A stretch of DNA of 64,000 nucleotides from Phallusia mammillata (taxonomy: Eukaryota), in contig OZ281501.1 of the NCBI GenBank assembly GCA_965637545.1, positions 16,740,001 to 16,804,000 on the forward strand. The letters are read 5' to 3'. The position numbers and the translations under genes are program-made. This document shows positions 1-12,300 of the stretch, piece after piece. The notes beneath the pieces are model-generated. The model saw only the letters and a program-made list of their open reading frames with translations. It was not told where the DNA came from and searched no databases. Each line of letters starts with the position of its first letter. Position 1 is the stretch's first letter.

Positions 1-311
1 TGACTCGGTTGAAAAGAAAAGTATAACGAGCATACAAAATGCTGAAAATTTTCAAAAACGTGCCAAACGCCTAGTAAAATGATTAATTATGGGTGTCACT
101 CTCTATTCTGTTACCGTTCTCGCATAGGTTTCCACGTTATATATTATATATCACAAATTTGGAACTGTTAATTTCCAGGCCTAAATTAGTTATCTATCAT
201 ATATACAGATTTCGTTTGTGCAAGCATCTTCAGTGTCTAAAAATACAACACAAACTTATAAAAACCAATAAAAGGTAGATGTTTCTAGGTATGTTACAGT
301 GGCAAGCTTAC

Positions 312-3300
312 TTTTTCTTCGTGTTGTTTGCATTCTACGTCGCTTCCGTCATCACACGGTAACAGCTCACATCTGAACTCGGGACAACAACTGTTGTTTA
401 AGCATGATTCCGCACTTCCACTAATGCCACCACTGAATGTCGTAATGGCTTCGGAGCAATTGCCGCAATCCGGTGCGCCTTGGCATCTATTTAGGTCACA
501 CCCTAAAACGTGTGTTTTAGTTAAGTATTTCCAATGTTCAGCTGATGTTACTGAAAGTAGTTGGTTTTAATTCTAGTACGTATAAAAGTCTGGTAACTGA
601 TGTACATCATGTCAGGCTAAGGAAAAATTCACATACACTGGGTTAACCTAAGAAAGTTTCACATACAAACAATTGAAAAGATATGTCCTTCGCTTCTGGT
701 GGCGTTTTTCGTACTTATTGTAATAACATTGTATGCCAACACTTAAACACTGTTTGAAAGGTGGCTGTGGCGTTAAGTAGTACATAATTAGCCGAAGTCG
801 GATATAGATACATTTGGACTGTTTTTATAACGTTTAAGCTAGGTACTTACTACACGTGCTGTCAATAACGCAGCCACAGTCCATGTTCAGATCTTCGTGG
901 CATCCATGAGTTGTGCAGTTGTTTCGTTCCACACAGTGACTTTCGTCAGTTGGACAAACGCACTCCGATTTCTGGCACGTCAACTCGTTAAAGTCGTAAT
1001 AGGTTGTGTTAAGCACTTTCGGGTGTTGACAAGTGACAGAGGCATCAAATGCAGGGTCGTATTCCGGTTTGCATTCTGTGTAAAAATACAAACAGTTTTG
1101 GTGTTGAGCTGTTGCAAGTTAAATGAATCGACATAATACGTTACCCTGCTGGTACAATTAAACATTAAACTAATAAATTTAAACAAAACAACACTTTCCT
1201 CGTACATATATTGTTTGGGAAACTTAACTTACCATAATGATGGTGACCTGAATAGGACATTGAAATGTTGGTATAAATAATACATTTACCAGAAATTTCC
1301 ACCGGTTAGCAACTATTTACCAAACCACTTGGAACGTATCAACAATTTTTCGAGGCTGAAATGTATCAAGGTTAACAATACTCCATGCCAATAGTTGCTT
1401 ACCGGTGGAAATTTCTCACCAGTGGGAAATTATAAATCGTCGGAGCGAAATAGTTTAAGTCAGTGACACCAAAATTGCACAAAAAAATGTCATAAAAATA
1501 GCCGGGAGGAATTCGAATTGGGTGATTGGCTTTAGTCGAAAAACTTCACCTAAAAGTTTAAGAACCACTGATCTAAGACAAAAATACATCAACATTTTCC
1601 ATAGCTTGTATTTGCAGTTTCTATGTGAGCTAACTAAAACCAGTTACTCACGGCAGTTGAGTTTATCACAACATCCTCCATGTGTTGTTTCAACGCTCGG
1701 TCGCTTGTCAGTGAAAAAGGGGCAGATTTCTTTTGGGCAGTTGTAATCGGCTGGCGAAGCGGTATAGCAGTCACCATCACTTACACAAGTGTAGTTTGTA
1801 CAATCGTGTATCCAGTTTTGTCCAGGTAACTGTATTGAATTCAATAAGAAAGTTGGTAGAGGGACGCATGTGAAGAACAAACTACGTTGCTGAATTTTAT
1901 TCAAATAACTCAAAAATATTACTGGAGACTTAAAGAGCTAAGTATACTGTTGGGTGACCCCAAAACTCGTGATACTTTTAAAGAAAGGTATTTTGTACAA
2001 AATGCTGAACTACATGCTACTTGTTTTTTTAGATAGCCACTACTAATTCTTTAGGTGATTACTCACAAAGAAAACTGTACACTTAAATATGTTTACAACC
2101 GAAACAAATTCTAACCTTTGTTTCGTTGTTGAAAACGCAGTAACGACACTCACATTCAAACGTTGGACAGCATTCTCCAGGTCTAGCTGGGACTTGAATC
2201 TGTAACAAATTAACTGACTTGCAAAAACAGTAAAGCTGGAGTAAATTGTCAAGATGACCGTAGGGGATTAGCGCAAACACTCATAATTACAAGGTTGTGC
2301 TGGGATCTAATCCTGTCTTAGCCATTGTGTTTCTCTGATCGAGAAGGTTAAGGCAATGTTACTGCAAACCATGGGAATATGATGGTTTTAATTTAAGTGA
2401 AGGCACTAACTATCAAATGCACAAAAAAATCAAATACTAAATGATTCAACAGACTTGCACAAAAACTGCAGTTTGACTCGCTTAAAAAGAAAAGTAAAAC
2501 GAGCACACAAAATGCTATATCTTTGTTTTAAAAATGTGCCAAAACAAAAACCAGTATGAGGTATAGGGTTTTCAGGTTTGTTACGGCGACAAGCTTACTT
2601 TTTCTTCGTGTTGTTCACATTCTACGTCGCTTCCGTCATCACATGGTAGCAGCTCACACCTGAACTCGGGACAACATGTGTTGTTTAAGCATGATTCCTC
2701 ACTTCCACCAATGCCTCCACCGAATGTCGTAATGGCTTGGGAGCAATTGCCGCAATCCGGTGCTCCTTGGCATCTATTTAGGTCACACCCTAAAACAAAC
2801 GTGTGTTTTAGTTAAGTATTTCCAATGTTCAGCTGATGTTACTGAAAATAGTTGGTTTTAATTCTAGTACGTATAAAAGTCTGGTAACTTATGTACACCA
2901 TGTCAGGCTAAAGAAAAATTCACATACACTGGGTTAACCTAAGAAAGTTTCACATACACAATGTTATCTGTGAAAAAATTCACATGCACAAGGTTAACCT
3001 AAAAAAGATTCACATATACACAGTTAACCTAAGAAGAGCTTACATACAAACAATTGAAAAGATATGTCCTTCGCTTCTGGTGGCGTTTTTCGTACTTATT
3101 GTAATAACATTGTATGCCAACACTCAAACACTGTTTGAAAGGTGGCTGTGGCGTTAAGTCGTACGTAATTAGCCGAAGTCGGATATAGATACATTTGGAC
3201 TCTTTTTTATAACTTTAAAGCTAGGTACTTACTACATGTGCTGTCAACAACGCAGCCACAGTCCATGTTCAAATCTTCGTGGCATCCAGTAGTAGTGCAG

Positions 3301-6300
3301 TTGTTTCGTTCCACACAATGACTTTCGTCAGTTGGACAAACGCACTCTGATTTCTGGCACGTCAACTTGTTAAAGTCGTAATAGGTTGTGTTAAGCACTT
3401 TCGGGTGCTGACAAGTGACAGAGGCATCAAATGCAGGGTCGTATTCCGGTTTGCATTCTGTGTAAAAATAAGAGCAGTTTTGATGTTGAGCTGGTCACCC
3501 TGGTACAATTTATCGTTAACTACCAAATAGACACTTAACAACACTTTCTTGCTTCTTAAACTACTTTTTACAATAACTCTATAGAATTAAGTTTTGAAAT
3601 TGCCTTTAAAAATTAATCGTCCGTTAAAAAATTACCTTTAAAAATTGCTATGAAACACATGACGTACCACAATACATTTCTTCGCAACATTCTTCTCCCG
3701 TTTTGTTTGTGTCCTGGGGAATTTTATTGGCGTAGAATGGACATTCGCGTGACAGGCATTCATGAGGTGAACTGACCACTTTGTAACATCCTTCACCATC
3801 GCTTACACATGTGTAATTAGTACATCCTTCTAGCCAAGTTTCATTTTCTTCCTGAACATAAAAAGCAAACAAACTCGTAAATTGAATTACTTTTATTTGA
3901 ATTAAAGTAGGTTGAACAAGGCGGTGATTTTCTTCCTTTTTTGAAGCTTACAGCTACTAATACATTGAAATTCCATTTGCCCACAAGTTTAAAAACTTTT
4001 ATGGCACAACCACTTGCTCTTTTTATGGTTTCTCAACACATTTAAAAACAATGCATACATGATATGTGCTTCTTACCCTTGTTTTCCCTTCGTGTAAACA
4101 GCTGTCGCACACACATACTGGACAGCAATCTGTATTGACAGGAACCGGTTTTTCATTCGCTGCGCATGGTTTCTCAGGGCAGGTTACATTGGAGCAGCCG
4201 TAACATTCACAGCAAGTCGCTTCAATCGTATATTCAGACAAGATGCGGTCGGGCTGCGTAAAGTGTAAACAGATTTATCAAACTGGAATACGTTGCTTCC
4301 GAAGATAAAACAAAATTAGTTTCGCAGTTGGTTTAAAGGGTAAAGCTAGTGTTCTTAAACATTTCAGCATCAGAAGACTGCAAAACTGGAAAACTTACGT
4401 TTTCAGGAAGAAATAGTTCTTCGACATAGCTACATGTGCTTCCAGGGGTGTTCTTTTCGTTAACTTCTTTAATTTCCGGGTACTTGCAAAAATACCTAAA
4501 GAGCTTTCGGCCTATTGCAGGACAGTTTACTGCATTGATTACATCTTGTGTCGTCATCATAGACGCGGTTGGATGGGCCAAAATTATAGAACAATTCGCT
4601 TTTTGGCCGAGATTACATTCTGAAAATAGTTTTCTGTTAATATGGAAATGTAATGAAATTATTTTTAACACCACCACATCTTACGTAGACCGCGTTAAAG
4701 ATTTTTTAACTTTAAATGTCATTTTGTGTTGCTTAACCTCTTAACTTGCTGCTGTAGTTTTAGGTACTTACCGGGCTCCTTTCTTGGTGTACCGCAAATA
4801 CAACTTTCAGGTGGCATACAAGATTTTGTTGCAGAATCGTATACTTCGCCGTTTTCACAACTAGCGGAAAAGCATATTATAAATTACAATATTTTCCGAC
4901 AACTTTTTAAATTTAACAATTAAAACATATCTTTTGCAAAATTTAATATCGAACTTTTAAACACAAATTTTTTTTTTTTACACAAGCAGAGGATAAATAG
5001 TGATCTCTTTAAACAAAACAAAAAATATTTTATGTGCCATAAATCGTTCATTTAGCGATTTAGTGTGATTCACCACCTTTTAACAAGTACAACTAGAACA
5101 TTCTCACTCACTGTGGATAGCATCCCTCATAAATGGTCTCCGGGCAAACAATGGTGTCATTACAACACAAAGTTTCGCATGGTGGCGCACGTGGTTCGTA
5201 TCTCCACAGGCATTTATCATCGTTGCTTGGGGTGGCGCACATTAACGCTGTAAAATAGTTCAAACGGTGTTTACTTCGTAACAAAAAACTTTCTTTTAAC
5301 TAGAAAATGGACACTTACGGCAGACCGATGGAGATCTCCATTCAACAGTTACTTTACTTATTGCGCAGTCGTGTGCATAGTCGGCCACGCTGCTGCAGAA
5401 ACACTCGCAATCCCCACCAGAATCACACGAACATGTTTCACGTACACATTTTTCGTAGTAATATTTCGGATCAATCTACAATTTTTTTACATAATTTTAA
5501 TTGTAAACTATTTGTTATGTCTTGTGAGTAATTTATAAGGTTACCTTGCTGTGGCACTCCGTAAACTCGTCGTAAAGAATTCTACATTTCGTCTGAGCCC
5601 AGGCCCTCTTAGTCCCGCAGGTGTCAATCAAACTCTCTTTTACATCAGGGCACTGCAACAAAGTCTTCCAACTGTTTCCGAAGGTAACTGCTGACTGAGT
5701 TAAACTGTTGTCACTCAGAGTAAAATCATTCAAGGAGTTCCCGTCATGAATTCCGCAGAGACCACAGGTCGATCGGTGCTACAAAGTACGAAAGCAAGTT
5801 TTAGACTATTAAATGTATACACCTTTATTGCTATCTTCTAATCTAATGTATGAAGAAGTTGTGCTGTCTAATGAATTTGCATTTTTAAACTCAAATAAAT
5901 CAGCTTACTACAGGGTCTTTGCTCATCATCTCAACATAAACGGACGCTTTCCGATCCCAGGCTACTGTGAAGATGGTCTCGCCATGATATAGAGCATACG
6001 CCACTATGTACAAGCCACGATGTTCTATGTCAAATCTTGTATGATCGAAGAGATCTTGACGATCCAACATCACATATTGTGTGAGATTTTTGCGAACGCT
6101 CATTGTTAGTTCCATCGACTGAAAAGTGTTTTTTTTTTCAGAAATGTATTGACAATTTTGATTTGTTGAAACAAAAAAACGCTAACTCGGAGCCAGATTT
6201 AGGGATTAAGGGATTAATATAGTTAAGCGTTATTTTGGATCGTTGTGTGAAAAAACATTTTAGGATTTTTTTTAGCTTTAAAACCTGCTACTGAGAATGC

Positions 6301-9300
6301 ACGGGAGTTTTTTAAGTAATTTTATACTTTTTTACGCAGAGGCAGTTTTTTAGTAACCTTAAAATAGTTTCTCATGCAGTAATGAATTGTAACTCGAAGC
6401 CAACAATCACAAATAACAGTCTAAATACTCTTTTACGATTATATGCAGTCAAACACCGTAGTATACAAATCCAGTTTGCTTTAGCGACATTACGCTAATT
6501 TTGTTAAGACTGGAGACAATCTTAAATGTAACATTAGTATATTGTGGTGAAAATTCGACTTACCCCGAATATAATATGCACTGTTGTGTCACACACTGCT
6601 CGGTTAGAACCAAGACAGTCCCGTCCTTTCACAGTTATCCGGTAAAGAAAGTCGGTCGAGGATTGTGTGCAGTCGTCTGATGCAAGCAAATACTCGCAAG
6701 CTCCGCGGAAGTCGAATTTTTTTCCATCAAATGTTGTGAAATACATCCCACCCACTGACTTACACTGGTCGTTGCAATCAGAACGATCATCGTCCCAATT
6801 GGTGTCATTTTTACAAGTCCTATAAATATAAAAATGAAGATAAGCTTGTGAATGTTTCGCATCCTGCGAGAAGAGTGAGGTAAATTGCCCTAATGATTAT
6901 AAAGTGAATAATTTGGGAAACATTTTGTGGTCTTTCTTCGTAAGTTAGACTAAAGCAGTTGGTTTATAAACTCTTTGTACCCAGCACAAACACCTTTAAA
7001 CCCTAACTTCACTAAATGTGGCGGAAACAAAAAAAATAGTTATCTTTGTACCCGCTCTAGAAGTTTAAAATATCATACATTCAAATATCCTTTAGAATAA
7101 ATAACTTTCACGAAGCATAGCATCCTTAAAACAAACAAAAAAAATCAGTCTTTTACAACAGTCAACGTAAAATTTGTTTGACCCAATTTTTATGTCAATA
7201 TTTTAGACACTTAATTTTGTTGAAAAGTTATAATCTACTTACAATCTTTCACATCCGTTGAAAGCAATTTCGCCCTCTTTATATTCTTTGCCATCGTACA
7301 CACACGAACAATCTTCTTCCCTCACGCATTTATCGCCCTGACGGAATAAACCGTCTTCACAAACGCAGCCTAAACAGTCAAAGATACTATAGTTTACTGT
7401 TGATACTTTTGGAATGTTGTAGCTCTGTAGTTAATATATAGACAGATGAACTTGTTGAAAAGGGATGAAAAGGGTGAAAAGCTTTAATGCACTGATGGGA
7501 CGATCTGCTTTACCTTCTACGCAGTTTTCATCAGTAGGACATGTAGTTTCCGTTTTGTCACTGCAACTTTTTTCGCATGCAGGTTTGCCACCGGTGCAGT
7601 TTTTGGCTTTCATGCCTAGTGGGCACGTGATGCTGCTGTCGTCATTAACTGTATGACAACAAACATTTTTTTTAATTAAAAAATGTAAATGTTTGATTTC
7701 TACACATTAGAAAAAGAAAAAAAGTACCCATCAACTTTGGTTTCAAAAAGATGTACTTCTCTACAACGGCACCTTTTTACCGAATTGACATTTGTTGAAG
7801 TTTCACGACTAAAATTTCGAAACAAAACAAACACAGGCCTTGCATATTTTTTCTCGCTTTAATGCACATGACTTTTCATTGCAAAGCAAGGTCGAAAGCA
7901 CTTAACCAGGCGAGCTACAAGCCCGAAATGCAGGCATGCGTGTCTGCCAGCAAAATTCCCTAATACTCAAGTATTTGCTCGGACAACCACTGCTTAGTTG
8001 GTGCTTAGGGGTTCTTACTTACTTTAGATCATGGTAACCACCGATCATTTAAACATTGTGGTAATAAACCGCCCTGCTTTGTGCTTATTCGTGTGGAATG
8101 AGCTTAAAACCGATCCTTACATGTTTCCACAAGCTTATGTTTGTATTTTGTGTTGCAATATGACTCGAATGGAATGTAAAATCGTATATTTGGAAGTAAT
8201 ACTTGTTTAACAAAACTCCCTAATCGATGTAAGGTACTCTTTCTGTTTAATGCACCGTTATTTTTATGTAATTAAAGTTTAAAATTTGTTGTTGTTTTTT
8301 AATTTGTTGACACATGCTTAGGTTTAGCTAAAGAAATGTTAAGCCTAATAGAAGATATCAGGTCAAGATGTTTCGCAAAAAAATTACCAAATTTTTGAAA
8401 ACACGTTGAAACGAAATTGGAACACTGACTTAACCTTGTAAGGATTAGAGTTAAAACGGAACGTCGCTGACCGTAAAATGTTGTGGGGGAGAGGGTATTT
8501 TATTTAATTCCCGACTAAACCTGCATAGGAAACCACTTTTTTCGCTTGTTACTTTTGGTGAAAATCCGGATTTTCTGCAAAGGTATTGCTTCGTGCTCAA
8601 CTACTCAAAGGAAGTTTAGTTGACCGGCGTATTTTGTTTTTTGGTCGACCTTGTGAAAACAATACAAATAATGCATCCAGTTAATGTTTCTAAATCTGAT
8701 CGCGAAATGGTTGTAATAATACGATTGTTTGATGTTTGTGGTAAATGTCATTATGCAAGGAGCAGTACTGACGATATAGTTTTCCTTTTTGCCATTTGCA
8801 TTAGTAAAAGCGCAACAACTTTTACAAAACCAAACTTCTGACAATGCTGTCCTACTGTTTTTTTGCGATTTGGCAATGTCGAAACGCGTCTTCTAGCAAA
8901 GCTGCATTTGTGCAAAAACTAAAATGTAAACTTGACAACGTGACTGTTTTTGTTGGAAAAAATGCAACGTTTTTGTCCTTCGATTTGGTGCGTGACAGTT
9001 AACGCAAAACAATTGCTTAGCGCTCCGAATATGTTGACGGATGCAGCAGTTGACCTTAACGAACGCAGAACTTGCTTTTTAAGTGGGTACAAAGTTTGAG
9101 ACAGAGAGATGGGGATTTCTCTTGAATCTTGTTTCTCGTCTTGAGCGTCAAGGGAATATTAAACGACACGAAATTATTGAAACTCTGTTTCTTAAGTGTT
9201 CCTTGGACATGGGGCATTGCGATTTCAGTATTTAGAGGATAGCCCAAAGGTCTTTTCTGAGTAGTCTTAAACAATACATCCTGAAAACATTTACGTAGAA

Positions 9301-12300
9301 TCTTCCTATTTCCATTTAGGCTTGTAACGTTGTACGACGTTGACAGGAAAAGAACGCAGTGTCAGTGGACCTGCGTGCCCCAAAACGTTTTCGCGTTGCA
9401 AAACAGATAGCAGAAGCAAACTTGAACTCAAGTTGGCGACCCCACAAAAATGCGACGGATAGAGAACAAGACAATGAGCTCCGACGACCGAGGCCTTGTC
9501 CCATAATCAAGTTTCCGTTACGTTTGTAACCCAAGTCGCGCAGCGTGGATTGCGTGCGAAGGTAATTAGGAAACCCCCCGCAGCCGTCGACGACGAGACG
9601 CTGTCTTTAGCGAACAAGTGCGGTGGTGCAAAGTTCCGCGTCAAGCTCGACGTGAAACGCAAATACTTTGCAGAAGAGGTGGGTATTGTTTTGCTCTCAA
9701 CGTCGAGGTCTTTTGTTGACAAAATTTTAAAGGAGCATTTTTTCTCGATCCGGGTTAAAAATTTAGGAGACGCGTTTACCAATGTATCTGTTGACGCGTC
9801 CGAATTAACTCAAAAACATGTCATCGTTCAAAAAATATTGGGGAATTAAGGGCATTGGTGTTTTACGTCCTTATCAGCGAGATTTCGGACGAAATGACTT
9901 TAAACGACAATTACGTTGATTGATTAACTTGTTGACTCAACAAAAGACGGTTAAAAAAACGTATTGTTGCGTCAGTACCAAACTCAATATTTTTGCACTA
10001 TAGAGCGGTACTTGTTGAACATTACATTTGTTTATCAACGACGTGTATGATCAGACACGTTAAGAAAATACAATATTTAATATTTTTTGACTGATATGTG
10101 TTAAATCTCACTTACCATCTTTTGAGCGACAGTTGTAAACTCCGGAAGAACAAGTGCTATGAATAAAAACACATAACTTTTACCGTTAAAAATAAAAAAT
10201 AAATGGCCACTTGCAGTCGTTTATGTCGGCAAACGCCAAGAAGGCAATTATTATGCAAATCTAAAAAGTAGGTAATAAGCAAATGTACATCGGCACCTGG
10301 ACATATTAACTTGTAAGTATATATTTAAATTATTCGGATTACACATTATTTCATACACCTAAATCCAAAAAGAATTTTTAAAACTGTCCAAATAAAAACG
10401 AAAATCCTTAAGAAAATCAAGCATTTTAATTTTCATACGAAAATGATAGCAATCTTACCAAATATTTTCTGTGTCTCTCGTCACGTGACCAGCAGGAAGC
10501 CACTCCTGATTGACATAGCAAGGACATAATGAGAGTTCCACACACCTTCCATCCTTGCTCAGGTACAGGCCTTCATAATGGGAGACACTTTTATGCATTC
10601 GGTGGTGTAGTTATGCAAATCGTTTGTAAGAATAGTCTTACACTGTAATTTCAATTTCTACAATTAAACCCAAACAACCTTTATTTTAACGTTATTTCCC
10701 GTAACACCAGGTTTTGTGTTTCGTACCCCCTAGGTAGACGTGTCCTTGATTTAAACCATTTTGTCTTCATAGACAATGTGTGTGATTTAAATTGTCTCAG
10801 ACTTTACTTACCATCGTCACATGTGCATCCTTCCACTCTGTGAGCGTCCGGGCATTTTTCCGGCTCCATGTGGGATCTGCAAGTTCGTCCACACAAGGTC
10901 GTGTTTGCTTTGTAGCTTTGACCTTCAGGGCAAGTTTTTGCTGCGGAAACAAAGCCAAGGCTCTAGGGTTTTGTTTTCATTGAAAACAACCGACGGTTTG
11001 TCACTAGTTCTAGACCATTGTAGTGAGAACATACCAATGTGATGGTGACAAAGAATTGAAGCACAACAAAAGTGCCAGGTGGTAGCTAGTTTCCTTGGAA
11101 ACGGGATTTTATTACCGGGTGTACAAATTTAATATTTTCTGTATTTTTAACCTGTTTGCGATAAAATCTGAAAACGTCACAGTGGTGTACTGGTTTATTG
11201 TACTCTTTGTTCTACGTAGTTTCAACAAAGTTACAAAAACGTAAAATTGAGGCCTTAAACCAAAATTTGCCGTGAAGTATGTTTGCAGCAAACATAGTCT
11301 ACAGACACCGTAAAAGCCCGTGTTTTATGGGTCACGAGAGTAAGTGATGCGAAAAACCGCTGTCGTTTTGCTCGTTGTGAGCATGGGCCTTTCTGAAGAC
11401 CAATACACTTCCTTGTTTTCAGTTTAGTTTTGAACAAAAACATCCCAATATTGATGTTCCCTAAGGTTTAAAATTACTTAAGAACTAAATGTCAAAAGGA
11501 ATATTGACACGACAGGAACTTTTGTGAATACCATGAATGTGTGGGGGGTTGTCGATACTTGACGACAGATAAGGGAAATCCAAACATTGAACATGAACTT
11601 TAATCTTAAATAAACCTTTAAAGCCTGGAATGAAAATGTTGATTTAAAAACACAAACCATACTCGACGAGACGTTCATACAAAAGGTAGTAACGTTTGGC
11701 TTGAATGTGGATAGTGACATGAAAAGTAATTGTTGTTATAATAACAGAAGGTTATGAACTTGTATTTTTTGCTGGGATCAACCCTGTCGTGTCAACTTAT
11801 TTTATTTACAACGGCACACATGAATCTTGTGCCTCTTTGTATTTTGATATCAAAGCGGAACAAAAAGATAAGTTCGTTTCCATGTGTGTGTAACCATGGC
11901 TATTCGCACAAGGACACATCTTACGATACTTCTTTTCACGTCGTAAACATAAATCCTAACGTATTTATAAGTCGGGCTGGGGTTCAGGTTCGGGCTTAAG
12001 TTCAAACAAAACGGGCTTGAACTGGGTCTAAATTCTTACGCGGTATCATTTGTGCCGCAACTTTACCAATTTCCATGCCTTGGTGCTTAAAAAAGGTTTG
12101 GGTCGAGTTTTGTGCTTATCTTATGGAGCAGAGCCTCAATTTCAGGTCCACCAACAACGCTTACAGACAACTTACGGCAAAAACTATTGTTCCTCCAATT
12201 CACAACGATTCCTGCTCGCAGACATTCGTGTGCGTAAGCCGAAATGACGTCACACATGCAGTCATTTCCGGTGTCACACGCGCAGGCATCTTGTTTGCAG

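Larger units (their letters stand above)
1..3550. repeat. Recent tandem duplication of an exon cassette in gene A (about 1-1200 vs about 2474-3550)
   Basis: Exons 312-502/2599-2789 and 851-1075/3233-3457 have the same lengths and nearly identical sequence, as do their flanking introns (e.g. 510-640 vs 2800-2940). Offset about 2.3-2.4 kb. Confidence 0.92.

Noticed and set aside
9866-9895. GTCC..GGAC-GAAA / CTGATAAG arrangement resembling a permuted hammerhead
   Set aside because: Only 5 nt are available for stems I and III and the core is non-consensus; geometrically impossible.
10116-10130. RSKD at the D2/D' junction of gene A, resembling the vWF furin site RSKR
   Set aside because: The P1 residue is Asp, not Arg, so it is not a furin site; gene B has no basic motif there either.
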